A stretch of 64,000 nucleotides of DNA from an uncultured Mailhella sp. (lineage in GTDB: Bacteria > Desulfobacterota > Desulfovibrionia > Desulfovibrionales > Desulfovibrionaceae). The notes beneath the pieces are model-generated. The model saw only the letters and a program-made list of their open reading frames with translations, ran no database searches and was not told the DNA's origin. This document shows, in pieces, positions 10,422-20,367 of the stretch (positions within the stretch are counted from its first letter, which is position 1; every line of letters starts with the position of its first letter). The stretch spans positions 20,559 to 84,558 of the forward strand of contig NZ_CALUWY010000003.1 in the NCBI RefSeq assembly GCF_944324615.1, written 5' to 3'. A program made the translations under genes and the position numbers.

Positions 10422-12767
10422 TCAGAAGTTCAGACCGGGCAGCTCAAGGATGAGACGGTAGGAATTATCCCTGGCCTTGCTCTGAATGGAACCAAGAATA
10501 TGGAAGCACTGGTGATAATAGCCGATGATGAAGCGGCGTTCATAGTTTCTGCCGGTTTCGATATTGTCTTCCGTGCGGTAATACAGGGCAATCTTGCTCC
10601 ACGGGCGGAAGGTGAAGGTATTGACCAGAAGGCGCTGCGGCGAGGTGAAACGCATGTCGCCGAGATTGTCGCGCTTCATTTCATCAAGATAGTTGTAGTA
10701 CTTGTCGCGGGTGCTGTAGGAGACGCTCCACGAACCCCAGCGGGCATTGGACAGCGTGGCGCCGGTATCGCTGCGGGTCACGCCTTCGCCGTACATGGAG
10801 ACATAGAGTCTGTTCCACAGGCTCAGCCAGTTCACGGGACGAAGTTCAAGGTAGGAATAGGCATCCATCCACGGTCTGCGGCCGTAGATATTGCGGTACC
10901 GGGTACGATCGGCCTCGTCAATGTCATAGCCGGTGGCCACTTCCCAGCGGATGGGATCGAAATAGCTTTCCTTGGTCGAATAACTGCCCTTGGCACCGGA
11001 TACCGTCTCACGACGGGCGGTAAGAATGTTGGTGAAGGAAAGCTTCAGACGCTGGGAAGGCTTGATGCGATCCGTCTCCTCGAATATGGGGTTGTCGGAC
11101 TGATCCCTGTCCGGCGTCCAGTCATAGGTCAGGCGGGGCTGCAGTCTGTGGCGCAGGCCGGTCCAGCTGGTCTTGCCCACGTTTTCCGCCGTGGCCTCCA
11201 GGCTGTTTTCCGGCATGTCCCATACCCGGGAAACCTGCGTGAAGAGTTCCGCACTCACATCAGGAATGAAACGATCCTTGGAACCGCCGCCGCGGGCCCA
11301 CTGGCTGTTGCTCACAAGGTCCGTATGGTTGCTGTTGTAATACGTCTGACGGATGCCGCCCGACACGATCATGGAGGCCCCGGGCAGATTGACGGGCAGG
11401 CTGAGTTCGGGATGAATTTCCGTGCGCAGGCCGCGTATGCCCTTGGCACGATATTCATAGGTGCTCGAAACCTCGCCCTGCAGTTCCAGCGGCAGATCTT
11501 CCAGCATGCGACCCTTGAACAGATAAAGGTTCAGGGGAATACGCTGCACCAGCGTATCTTCACTGTGGGGGGTATTGCCGTGCCCGAGGGCGGGATTCTG
11601 CTCATAGCGGAAGCCTGCGGACACCATGAAGCGGTCCCAGTCGCGGTACACGAAGCCTTCGCTCACGCGGTTCTTGTCCACTTCCTGAATGTCGCGGCCG
11701 AACATGTCGTAGAGCGCGTCGCGGCTGCGGTTGAAGCCCGTGCGCATGTCGCGGAACTGCCGCAGGAAGTTCTGATCGGAGACATAGTCGAGGTTGTAGC
11801 GGTAACGCCAGCCGGAATCTCCGAGGAAGCCGTCGCCCATGCCGCGCAGCCAGTAACGTTCCTCATTGGTATTGATCTTGCCGTCGGTATCGTTGATGCG
11901 GTCGCCCGTTTCCGAACGGAAGGTGTGCTTGTCGTAAAGAACGTCAAGTCCCAGCCATGTCTTGTCCTGATCTCTGGTATGGGAACGGTATTCAATGCCG
12001 GGCATGAAGCCCGCCCTGCTCATGTAGGTGGAATAGAAGGTCAGGTCGCGGCTTTCATCAATGACCTGAAAATACGGTACGGAAACAAAGGCGCCGTTCA
12101 GGCTGCTGTAGCCGAAGTCGGGCATGAGCAGCCCCGACTGACGGGTCGTCTTGGCAGGAAGCACCAGGAAGGGAGCTTCCATGACGGGCATGTCGAGAAT
12201 GTTCAGCGTGGTATGCGAAAGCTTGGCATAGCCGTCGATCTCGATTTCCGCAAGGCTCGTATCCAGAGACCAGGCGGGAACATCGCCGTCGCAGGCCGTG
12301 ACTCTCGCATTCTTGAAGCGGTAACGGTCGCCGAAAAGCTTGTCCACCTTTTCGCCCGTCACATACATGTGCGGCCCGGCAATGAAGATGGAACCGTCCT
12401 TGAGCCAGCCCGTACGGGACGTGAGGTCGAATTCCGCCTCCGTGGCGTTCAGCATGTCCCGGCCCATGCGGGCCTCGACATGGCCCTGCACGAAAATCCA
12501 GTTGGTGGTCGTGTAGTATCTGGCGAAATCGGCCTTCATGTAGTCTTCCCCGCGCTGGAGAAGCACACTGCCCGTGGCTTCCACGATTACGCCGTCCTCA
12601 AGACTGACGAGCTTGTCGGCATTGAGCGTCCAGGGAAGCTCGCCGCGCGTGTTCATGGACTTCTGACCTTCCGCCGCCGCTGCAGGGGCGGAAAGACAGC
12701 ACAACACGGCAATCACGGCCAGAAACAGGCGAAACCGGGGAGAGGAGAAAGAAAAAGGAAAAAACAC
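10422..12767 (-). CDS. lptD: LPS assembly outer-membrane protein LptD (OstA)
   Basis: Signal-peptide-like VFFPFSFSSPRFRLFLAVIAVLCCLSAPAAAA, OstA-like N-domain, TACDG, PAKTTRQSGLLMP, beta-barrel ending in F. The start is uncertain (GTG 12767 chosen); the ORF-track extension to 14087 is the antisense shadow of alr. Confidence 0.85.
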   Translation of the reverse strand: MFFPFSFSSPRFRLFLAVIAVLCCLSAPAAAAEGQKSMNTRGELPWTLNADKLVSLEDGVIVEATGSVLLQRGEDYMKADFARYYTTTNWIFVQGHVEARMGRDMLNATEAEFDLTSRTGWLKDGSIFIAGPHMYVTGEKVDKLFGDRYRFKNARVTACDGDVPAWSLDTSLAEIEIDGYAKLSHTTLNILDMPVMEAPFLVLPAKTTRQSGLLMPDFGYSSLNGAFVSVPYFQVIDESRDLTFYSTYMSRAGFMPGIEYRSHTRDQDKTWLGLDVLYDKHTFRSETGDRINDTDGKINTNEERYWLRGMGDGFLGDSGWRYRYNLDYVSDQNFLRQFRDMRTGFNRSRDALYDMFGRDIQEVDKNRVSEGFVYRDWDRFMVSAGFRYEQNPALGHGNTPHSEDTLVQRIPLNLYLFKGRMLEDLPLELQGEVSSTYEYRAKGIRGLRTEIHPELSLPVNLPGASMIVSGGIRQTYYNSNHTDLVSNSQWARGGGSKDRFIPDVSAELFTQVSRVWDMPENSLEATAENVGKTSWTGLRHRLQPRLTYDWTPDRDQSDNPIFEETDRIKPSQRLKLSFTNILTARRETVSGAKGSYSTKESYFDPIRWEVATGYDIDEADRTRYRNIYGRRPWMDAYSYLELRPVNWLSLWNRLYVSMYGEGVTRSDTGATLSNARWGSWSVSYSTRDKYYNYLDEMKRDNLGDMRFTSPQRLLVNTFTFRPWSKIALYYRTEDNIETGRNYERRFIIGYYHQCFHILGSIQSKARDNSYRLILELPGLNF

Positions 12768-12959
12768 GGCATTTTCCGGGTTGCAAGACAGAGGAAGAGG
12801 CGGTAGAGGCAAAAGGGCACAACAAAAGACGCCCGCCGGACACCACTGCCGGAAGTTCCGGCCGGCACCTGAAGTTCCATAACATACAAATCGTGCGAAA
12901 AAAAGCCCCCGGACAGGGCTTAACGCCGAACGCATCCAATAAGGAACGGGAGCTTTATC

Positions 12960-14072
12960 ATGATAGAACCTTCCTGCCGCGTGCACGTCAACTGGGAACA
13001 TTTCCGTCATAATATCGGTATATTGATGCAGAAAGAGCATGAGCTCATGCCCGTCATCAAGGCCGATGCCTACGGGCACGGCGTGGCGAAGGCCGCCATG
13101 GAACTGGAGAGGCTGGGCATACGGTGGGCCGCCGCAGGCACCCTCAGGGAAGCCGCCCTCGTGCGCGAAAGCGGCTTCACCGGGCATATCGTGGCGCTTC
13201 TCTCGCGCGTACCCGGCAGGGACGACGTGGCGCTTGCGCTGGAAAAGAATCTTGTCCCGCTCATTCACAACAAGGAAGGCCTGCACAGTGTGCAGGAGGC
13301 CCTCGACGGGAGCAGCAACACGCTGGACATCGCCGTCAAGGTCGATACCGGCATGGCCCGTCTCGGCTTTCCCCTGAGCGACATGGAAAAGGTCGCCGCC
13401 TTCCTTGCAGAACACACGAACATCAGGCCCCTTGTGCAGGTTTCCCACTTCTCCGTGGCCGATGAGCCGGATGAGGACGCCTACACCGCCATGCAGTGCG
13501 ACATCTTCTACCGCGCGGCGGACATCATGCACCGGTATTTTCCCGACATGCGCTGCTCTCTCGGCAATACTGCGGGGCTGGCCGTTCAGGTGACGAAGAA
13601 GGACGACATCTGCCGGCCGGGACTTGCCCTGTACGGCTACGATCCGATGTTCGGCACGTCCAGAGAAGGCGCCTGCAAGGGGCTGCTGCCCGTGATGGAG
13701 GTTTCCGCCCCCATCATCAGCGTGCATCCGCTCCACAAGGGGGAAAGCCTGGGCTACGGCCGTGCCTACAAGGCTGCATCGGAACGCCTTGTGGGCTGGG
13801 TGGCCATAGGCTACGCCGACGGCTACCGCCGCAACCCCGCTCCCGGTACCTGCATGTGCGTCAACGGCACGCGCGTGCCCGTCATCGGCCGTGTGGCCAT
13901 GCAGATGACCTGCGTGGATCTCACCGATCTGCCCGTTCCGCCCGTTCCCGGCGACATCGCCTATGTGCTGGGCGGCCCGGGAAACGCCGTGACCGCGCAG
14001 GACATCGCCACCTGGTGGGACACCATTCCCTATGAAGTGACCTGTCTGCTCGGGAAGAACAAGACGGAGTAA
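12960..14072 (+). CDS. alr: Alanine racemase
   Basis: VIKADAYGHG (PLP Lys), KVDTGMARLG, RPGLALYG, LGYG, IGYADGY. Confidence 0.96.
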   Translation: MIEPSCRVHVNWEHFRHNIGILMQKEHELMPVIKADAYGHGVAKAAMELERLGIRWAAAGTLREAALVRESGFTGHIVALLSRVPGRDDVALALEKNLVPLIHNKEGLHSVQEALDGSSNTLDIAVKVDTGMARLGFPLSDMEKVAAFLAEHTNIRPLVQVSHFSVADEPDEDAYTAMQCDIFYRAADIMHRYFPDMRCSLGNTAGLAVQVTKKDDICRPGLALYGYDPMFGTSREGACKGLLPVMEVSAPIISVHPLHKGESLGYGRAYKAASERLVGWVAIGYADGYRRNPAPGTCMCVNGTRVPVIGRVAMQMTCVDLTDLPVPPVPGDIAYVLGGPGNAVTAQDIATWWDTIPYEVTCLLGKNKTE

Positions 14073-14090
14073 TCCCTCTTTCCTCAAGAT

Positions 14091-14133
14091 AAAAAAAGCC
14101 CCTCCTGCCGCACAACGCGGAAGGAGGGGCTTC
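14091..14133. terminator. Probable bidirectional terminator between convergent alr and pyrD
   Basis: A-run, then AAGCCCCTCCT...AGGAGGGGCTT inverted repeat between convergent stops. Confidence 0.65.
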
Positions 14134-14152
14134 TGTTCAGAAAAAGAAAACG

Positions 14153-15073
14153 CTACGCCTCAAGCGAGCCCCGGAAGGAGGCCAGATCGTCGATGCCCAT
14201 TTCCTCGCACAGGGCGGGCAGCTCGCGGATGATGCGGAAAATGGTTCCGGGATCGCTGAAGTTCGCCGTGCCCACGGCCACGGCATGGGCGCCCACCAGC
14301 AGAAATTCCAGCACGTCGCGTGCGGAGCGTACCCCGCCCACACCGATGATGGGCACCTGAACCACCCTGGCGATCTGCCACACGCAGCGCAGAGCCATGG
14401 GCTTCACCGCAGGACCGGAAAGCCCGCCGATGACGTTGCCGAGCATGGGGCGGCGGGTGGCGATGTCCACGGCCATGCCCTGAATGGTGCCGATGCAGGA
14501 AATGATGTCGGCCCCGGCGGCCTCCACGGCCCTCGCCACTTCCACAATGTCCATGATCTGCGGAGAGAGCTTGGCAATGACGGGCTTGTTGCCTGCGGCG
14601 CGCTTCACCGCGTTCACGGCGCGCGCAGCCGTGACGGGATTCTGGCAGAAGCGCTGTCCGCCGCGATGATCGTTGCGGCAGGAAAGGTTCACTTCCAGCG
14701 CGGCCACGCCCTTTTCCGCCGCCAGCACGGAGGCAAGGGCGGAAAACTCATCCACATTGGAGGCGTTCAGGTTGGGAATGATGGGCACTTCCTGCCAGGG
14801 AAGCTCAGGAAGCACGGCACTGACGAAATGGGCCGCGCCGTCGTTCTGCGTGCCTATGGCGCTCAGCATGCCCGACGGGGTTTCCGCCACGCGGGGCATG
14901 GGCGCTCCTGCGCAGGGGCGGAGCGTGAGTCCGTTGGTGATGATGCCGCCAAGCTGGGTGATGTCGCCGTAGGGACGGTACTCAAGACCGCTTCCGAAGG
15001 TGCCGGAAGCGCTGAGCACGGGATTTTTCAATTCAAGACGGCCGTCGGCAAGAGATACGCGAAAATCCATCAT
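14153..15073 (-). CDS. pyrD: Dihydroorotate dehydrogenase family 1B-like catalytic subunit (atypical active site)
   Basis: ASGTFG, NLSC, AKLSP, GGLSGPAVKP, IIGVGG, VGTA fold motifs. Several substrate-binding residues deviate (see findings). Confidence 0.8.
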   Translation of the reverse strand: MMDFRVSLADGRLELKNPVLSASGTFGSGLEYRPYGDITQLGGIITNGLTLRPCAGAPMPRVAETPSGMLSAIGTQNDGAAHFVSAVLPELPWQEVPIIPNLNASNVDEFSALASVLAAEKGVAALEVNLSCRNDHRGGQRFCQNPVTAARAVNAVKRAAGNKPVIAKLSPQIMDIVEVARAVEAAGADIISCIGTIQGMAVDIATRRPMLGNVIGGLSGPAVKPMALRCVWQIARVVQVPIIGVGGVRSARDVLEFLLVGAHAVAVGTANFSDPGTIFRIIRELPALCEEMGIDDLASFRGSLEA

Positions 15074-15921
15074 ACGCTCCTTTCTCCCGGCAGGACGGCA
15101 TGAAGGTCAATATCGGAAGCCCAGAACACCGGGCCGCTGGTACAGGTCTGAACAGGAAGTCCGGCGCGGACGGGGTCGGGCCAGTGCTTCGAGGTGATGG
15201 TGGTGCATCCGAGGCAGGCCCCGGTGCCGCAGGCCATGCGCTCTTCCAGGGAAAGCTGCGTGGGCAGGTCCAGCTCCATGGCTCTCTCCCACACCCGCTT
15301 CAAAAAGGGCATGGGACCGCAGGCCAGACACATGCCCCCGTGTTCCTTGTATTCCACCATCTTTTCCCGCACCACCCTGTGGAACTGCTCCAGTTCCCCG
15401 GGCGTACGGTCACGCATGTTTTCCATTTCCATGCGGGCGGCCATGGCATCGGTGGGATAGTTGTTGCTGGGCAGTCCGTGCCCGAAGAGCATGAACAGGC
15501 TCGCCGGGGCGGGATGCACGTCGGCATAACCGGCAAAGGGGGCTATGCCCACGCCCCGGGCCAGAAGCAGCGTCGGCGTGTCGGGCCGCATCTCGAAGCT
15601 GGTGCCGAGAGGCCCCCATACCACCACCTTGTCGCCGCTTTTCAGCCGGGAAAGGCGATCCGTCCCCGGGCCGAGAACACGGAAAAACAGCACGAGGCTC
15701 TGCGAAGTCACCCGGCAGATGGAAAGCGGACGCGCCCAGGTGGAGCCTTCGCCGTCCTGCATGGGGCGCAGCATGATGAACTGACCGGGATGCCAGCTTT
15801 TCCAGGACGGGCGCTCCAGTGTGAGCGCGTAGAAACGGTAGACTCCCGCAGGGCCGGCCACGGGCTGGCCGAAGGGGACATTGTCCGTTACCGTCAGTTC
15901 CGAGCGAACAGGGGAAATCAT
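15070..15921 (-). CDS. pyrK: Dihydroorotate dehydrogenase electron transfer subunit
   Basis: PGQF, RPLSI (FAD), GPLG, CGP, EERMACGTGACLGC...C..GPVF [2Fe-2S] motif; overlaps the pyrD start. Confidence 0.88.
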   Translation of the reverse strand: MISPVRSELTVTDNVPFGQPVAGPAGVYRFYALTLERPSWKSWHPGQFIMLRPMQDGEGSTWARPLSICRVTSQSLVLFFRVLGPGTDRLSRLKSGDKVVVWGPLGTSFEMRPDTPTLLLARGVGIAPFAGYADVHPAPASLFMLFGHGLPSNNYPTDAMAARMEMENMRDRTPGELEQFHRVVREKMVEYKEHGGMCLACGPMPFLKRVWERAMELDLPTQLSLEERMACGTGACLGCTTITSKHWPDPVRAGLPVQTCTSGPVFWASDIDLHAVLPGERSV

Positions 15922-16009
15922 GAGAGCCTCCGCAAGTGTTTTCCTTTTATATGTATCCGATCCCCCTTCCGGTCAAGGGCGTTGTGCCGGACATCGTCTT
16001 TTATCCTGC

Positions 16010-16582
16010 CTACAACACGCCGTGTTCATGCAGAATTTTCACGCCGATGCCTATGAGCACCAGCCCGCCGAGAATGGCGGCTCTGTTGCCGGAAAGACTG
16101 GTGGAACCGAGCATGCGGCCGAGCTTCACCCCTGCCGCGGTGACCGCGGCACAGACAATGCCGATGACGGCGGCGGGCCACCACACGGAAACATTGATCA
16201 TGGCAAAGGAAAGCCCCACGGCCAGAGCATCAATGCTGGTGGCCACGGCCAGCATGATGAGCTGCAGCCCCCGGGAGGGATCTCCCCCGGCCCCGGCTTC
16301 CTCTTCCTCGCCGGACCAGGCTTCGCGCAGCATGTTCACCCCCACAAGAGAAAGCAGACCGAAGGCTATCCAGTGATCCCAGGCCTCGATGTAGCTGTGC
16401 ACCGACACCCCCAGAAACCAGCCGATGACGGGCATGAGAAACTGAAACAGGCCGAAATGGAAGGACAGGCGGAAATAGTGCCTCCAGGTGATGACGGGAA
16501 GCGTTGCGGCAGCGGAAACGGACACCGCAAAAGCATCCATGGCGAGTGCCAGGGCAATGGCAAGGATGGCGAAAAAAGACAT
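16010..16582 (-). CDS. mntP: Manganese efflux pump MntP family
   Basis: ALAMDAFAVS, FGLFQFLMP, ATSIDALAVG, GGLVLIGIG. Confidence 0.93.
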   Translation of the reverse strand: MSFFAILAIALALAMDAFAVSVSAAATLPVITWRHYFRLSFHFGLFQFLMPVIGWFLGVSVHSYIEAWDHWIAFGLLSLVGVNMLREAWSGEEEEAGAGGDPSRGLQLIMLAVATSIDALAVGLSFAMINVSVWWPAAVIGIVCAAVTAAGVKLGRMLGSTSLSGNRAAILGGLVLIGIGVKILHEHGVL

Positions 16583-16706
16583 ATCTGCTCCTCAGACGGG
16601 GTTTCGCGCATTATACCGGTCCGCTCCCCCGACACAAGAGCTTGTGCAGAAAAGCGGACTGGGATACGATGGCCTGTACCCTAAAGAATCAAAGGATTTT
16701 CCGAAC

Positions 16707-18386
16707 ATGTCTGAACCTTACCTGACCATAACCCCGCTGGGAGGACACGGCGAAATCGGCATGAACTGCCAGAAGTGGCAAACCGACCAGGGGGTTGTGC
16801 TGGTGGATTGCGGCCTCATGTTTCCCGATGACGCGCTGCTCGGCGTGGATGTCGTCATCCCCAGGCTGGATTCCGTCTTTGCCGAAGGTGAAAAAGTGCT
16901 CGGCATCGTGCTCACCCACGGCCACGAAGATCACATAGGAGCCCTGCCGTGGCTCCTGCTCCAGTATAAAAGTCTGCGCGGCATACGCATTTACGGTTCC
17001 CCCTTCACCCTTGCCCTTGTGGAACACAAGCTTGAGGAACAGGCCCTGCTGGACAGGGTGGAACTTGTGCCCATGCCCGCCTACGGTACGGTGACGCTGG
17101 GCAGCCTCATCTTCCACTTCCTTCCCGTGCACCATTCCATTCCCCAGTGCTACGCTCTGGCCGTGGAAACTCCCGTCGGCAAGGTGCTCCATACCGGCGA
17201 CATCAAGCTCGATCAGGCCCCGCTGGACAACGAAGCCTGCGACCCCCTTTCCGATTTCGCCCGCTTTGCCGAAGAAGGAGAACAAAAGGGCATACGTCTT
17301 CTTCTGGCCGATTCCACCAATGTGGAGAACCCGGGCCGCTCCCTGCCCGAAAGGCAGGTGCGCGACGATCTGGACGCCATTTTCTCCGAAGTGAAGGGCC
17401 GCATCATCATCGCCCTCTTCTCCAGCCATATCCGCCGCATACGCACGGTGCTGGAACTTGCGAAAAAATACCACCGCTCCGTGCTCGTGAGCGGACGCAG
17501 CCTTTCCACCAATATCGACAAGGCCGTGGAACTGGGCCTGCTGGAACGGCCGGAAAACGTCTACAACGAAGCCGCGGGCTTCCCGGAACTTGATCCCGGG
17601 CAGAGCGTGGTGCTTGCCACGGGCACGCAGGGAGAACCCCTCTCCGCCCTGGCGCGCATCGCCCGGGGGGAACACCGCCAGCTCTCCCTTCATGAGGGCG
17701 ACACCATCATCATGTCCTCGCGCGTCATTCCCGGCAACGCCCGGGCCGTGTCGCGGGTGCTCAATCAGATCTACCGTCTGGGGGCCGAAGTCTACCACAA
17801 CCCCGAAAGAACCGTGCATGCCACAGGTCACGCCTGCCGGGGTGAGCTCAAGGACATCATCGAAACCACAAAGCCCGACTATTTCATCCCCGTGCACGGG
17901 GAATACCGGCATCTGGCCCTGCACGCCCGCCTTGCCGAAGAATGCGGCGTGTCCCACGACCACATCAAGATCATTGAAGACGGGCAGCCCGTCACCTTCA
18001 CGGAGGATTCCATACGCATGGAAGAACCCGTTTCCGTGGAATCCGTCATGGTGGACGGCAAGGGCGTGGGCGACGTGGGCCGCATGGTACTCAAGGAACG
18101 CCGCATTCTGGGCGGCGAAGGCCTGGTGGCCGTGGTGCTCGTGATCGCCGCAGAAACGGGCGAAGTGCTGCACGGGCCGGAAATGATCTCCCGGGGCTTT
18201 GTGTTCGAGCAGCAGTACAGCCATCTTCTGGAAGACGCCAAGTGCCTTGTGCTCGACCAGCTCGAATCCACCAACCCCAACGACATTTCCCGTCTTTCCG
18301 ACAAAATACGCTCAAGCCTGCGCCGCTTTTTCCGCGACGTGCTCGGCAGAGACCCCATCGTGGTGCCCATCGTCTCGCAGGTATAA
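16707..18386 (+). CDS. rnj: Ribonuclease J
   Basis: PLGGHGEIGMN, VDCG, THGHEDHIG, HTGDIK, DSTN, FSSHIRR, TGTQGEP, HATGH, PVHGE; start moved to ATG 16707 after AAAGGA. Confidence 0.95.
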   Translation: MSEPYLTITPLGGHGEIGMNCQKWQTDQGVVLVDCGLMFPDDALLGVDVVIPRLDSVFAEGEKVLGIVLTHGHEDHIGALPWLLLQYKSLRGIRIYGSPFTLALVEHKLEEQALLDRVELVPMPAYGTVTLGSLIFHFLPVHHSIPQCYALAVETPVGKVLHTGDIKLDQAPLDNEACDPLSDFARFAEEGEQKGIRLLLADSTNVENPGRSLPERQVRDDLDAIFSEVKGRIIIALFSSHIRRIRTVLELAKKYHRSVLVSGRSLSTNIDKAVELGLLERPENVYNEAAGFPELDPGQSVVLATGTQGEPLSALARIARGEHRQLSLHEGDTIIMSSRVIPGNARAVSRVLNQIYRLGAEVYHNPERTVHATGHACRGELKDIIETTKPDYFIPVHGEYRHLALHARLAEECGVSHDHIKIIEDGQPVTFTEDSIRMEEPVSVESVMVDGKGVGDVGRMVLKERRILGGEGLVAVVLVIAAETGEVLHGPEMISRGFVFEQQYSHLLEDAKCLVLDQLESTNPNDISRLSDKIRSSLRRFFRDVLGRDPIVVPIVSQV

Positions 18387-18873
18387 CCAAAGCTTTTTCT
18401 TCTTCTTTCATGGCCCGGAGCATCCCTGTTCCGGGCCATGTTCTTCTCTACCATGTGAGCCCATGTCAGGTAAAAAGAGTACATGCTCCCCTCGGAGCGG
18501 ACTCGCCCACACCGGCCCCTCCTCCTGCCGAAAGGCGGATCCTGCATACGCAGCCAGTTTTCCACCAGGTTTCCGGCTTATTCCAGCATAGCATGACCAT
18601 GCCGCTCTCTTACGTCTTCCCCTTTGCAGCAGCATTCGCTTCTCCTGCCGTCCCGCCGAAGCCTGCAAGCTGCTCCCGTCCGTTCGCCTGACGTCGATAC
18701 ATAAAAAGACATAACGAACTGTGGAAAAGCGGAAAACCTCCCTGCGCCCGAGGTCGGCAGCAGCGTTCTCCTTTCTTGTTTTCAGAAAGCTTCTCCGCGA
18801 GACTCCCATCCCGCAGCCATGCGTTCGCCCTTCGGCATGACGCCCCCTACGTGCATGTCATGAGGTCGGGCTC

Positions 18874-18921
18874 TTGACTTTAATTCGATATCAAACTAAA
18901 AATTAATTCGATATCAAACTA
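18874..18921 (+). promoter_or_regulatory. Sigma70-like promoter overlapped by a perfect 19-bp tandem operator
   Basis: TTGACT at 18874; TTAATTCGATATCAAACTA at 18880-18898 and again at 18903-18921, about 30 bp upstream of the sulfatase ATG. Confidence 0.7.
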
Positions 18922-18951
18922 TGTTCAACAAAACATCTTCAGGAGGTTCCC

Positions 18952-20292
18952 ATGCGCCGAAGTCCCGCTACGCTTGCCTTGGAAAAAAGAAGTGCCGAAC
19001 TCACTCCTCATCTTGTCCGGCTCAGCCCAAGCGTCTGGCTCAGTATTGCGGAAGATGTCTCCAACATAGGCATGATCATCGGCAAGGACGGCATCATCGT
19101 CATCGACACCGGCATGATTCCCGACAGAGCCGCCCGAGTATTGGAGCAGTTCCGTGAAATCGTTCCTTCCGACACGCATCCTGTGAAAGCCGTCATCTAC
19201 ACTCACGGCCACGGAGACCACACCGGCGGTTCTCCGGTATTCTGCAACGAAGGTACCCGGCCCCAGATCTGGGCACGAAGCAACTTCGGAGCGGAAACCA
19301 CCCCTTTTGAATACGCCGGACTCATGCCGCTGTTCAAGGAACGCGGAGCCCGGCAGGGTGGATTCCGCCTTCCGCCGGAAAAACGCATCTGCAACGGCAT
19401 CGCTCCCGTACGTTATCCCAAGGCCGGAGGAGCCGTATTCAGCGGCAAAACGGGCGCAGTCCCGCCCGACCACTTTTTCAGCGGTGACAACATACACATC
19501 CATATGGCCGGGGTGGAATTGTATCTGTTCGCCACCCCCGGCGAAACCGACGATGCCCTCTCCGTCTGGTTCCCGGAAGAAAAGGTACTGTTCTGCGGCG
19601 ATGCGTTCTATCGCTCCTTTCCCAACGTTTATCCCGTCCGGGGAACGGGCATGCGGGATATCTCCACATGGTGCGTCAGTCTGAAGCTCATGGCAGCATT
19701 GAAACCAGAAGCACTGGCTCCCGGGCATACCGATCCTTTTCTGGGCGGAGAAATCGTGCATGAAGTTCTCACCCGGTACCGTGAAGCGCTGGAATACATC
19801 TATAGAAAAACCGTCGACGGCATGAATGCAGGCAAAACGCCGGACGAACTCGCTGCAGAGATAAGGCTTCCCGCAGAGCTGGCAGAGCATGACTACCTGA
19901 AGGAATACTACGGCAATGTCGCATGGACGGTGCGCAACATCTTCAACCAGTATGTGGGCTGGTTCGACGGCAATCCGCTGCATCTTTACCGGGACTTCAC
20001 ACCTCGCGAAGAAGCGTTGCGCATGATCGCACTTGCGGGCGGACAGGATACCCTTCTGAAAGAGGCAAAGAACGCTCTTGCCCGGAACGACCCGGCCTGG
20101 GCCGCACGCCTTGCCGACCATCTGCTCGCCCTCTGGCCGGAAGAAAGAAGCTTTCTGATCCTCAAGGCCGACGCACTCGATATGCTCGGTGAAAACATAC
20201 TCACCGCCACGGGGCGCAATTATACCCTTTCCGTGGCGCAGGAACTGCGAAAGAAGGCGGAAGCGCACGAAAAGGACCTGCAGACGCCGTAA
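18952..20292 (+). CDS. Alkyl/aryl-sulfatase family metallo-beta-lactamase-fold hydrolase
   Basis: IDTG, THGHGDHTGG, GETDD, GDAFY..FPNVYPVRG, PGH, EYYG..W..R.IFNQYVGWFDGNP dimerisation region; no signal peptide, no SCP2 tail. Confidence 0.85.
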   Translation: MRRSPATLALEKRSAELTPHLVRLSPSVWLSIAEDVSNIGMIIGKDGIIVIDTGMIPDRAARVLEQFREIVPSDTHPVKAVIYTHGHGDHTGGSPVFCNEGTRPQIWARSNFGAETTPFEYAGLMPLFKERGARQGGFRLPPEKRICNGIAPVRYPKAGGAVFSGKTGAVPPDHFFSGDNIHIHMAGVELYLFATPGETDDALSVWFPEEKVLFCGDAFYRSFPNVYPVRGTGMRDISTWCVSLKLMAALKPEALAPGHTDPFLGGEIVHEVLTRYREALEYIYRKTVDGMNAGKTPDELAAEIRLPAELAEHDYLKEYYGNVAWTVRNIFNQYVGWFDGNPLHLYRDFTPREEALRMIALAGGQDTLLKEAKNALARNDPAWAARLADHLLALWPEERSFLILKADALDMLGENILTATGRNYTLSVAQELRKKAEAHEKDLQTP

Positions 20293-20367
20293 GACCAGAC
20301 CGCCTGCACATAAACGGCGAGCGGAGATTGACAGCACGTTCTATCTCCGCTCTTCTCCTGCCATGCG

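Noticed and set aside
10422-14087. 1221-aa ORF apparently fusing an unknown domain to LptD
   Set aside because: The N-terminal part is the stop-free antisense of alr in GC-rich DNA; LptD begins near 12767 with a signal peptide.
16583-16706. yybP-ykoY manganese riboswitch upstream of mntP
   Set aside because: A TATAAT lies only about 30 nt upstream of the start and no riboswitch consensus is visible.
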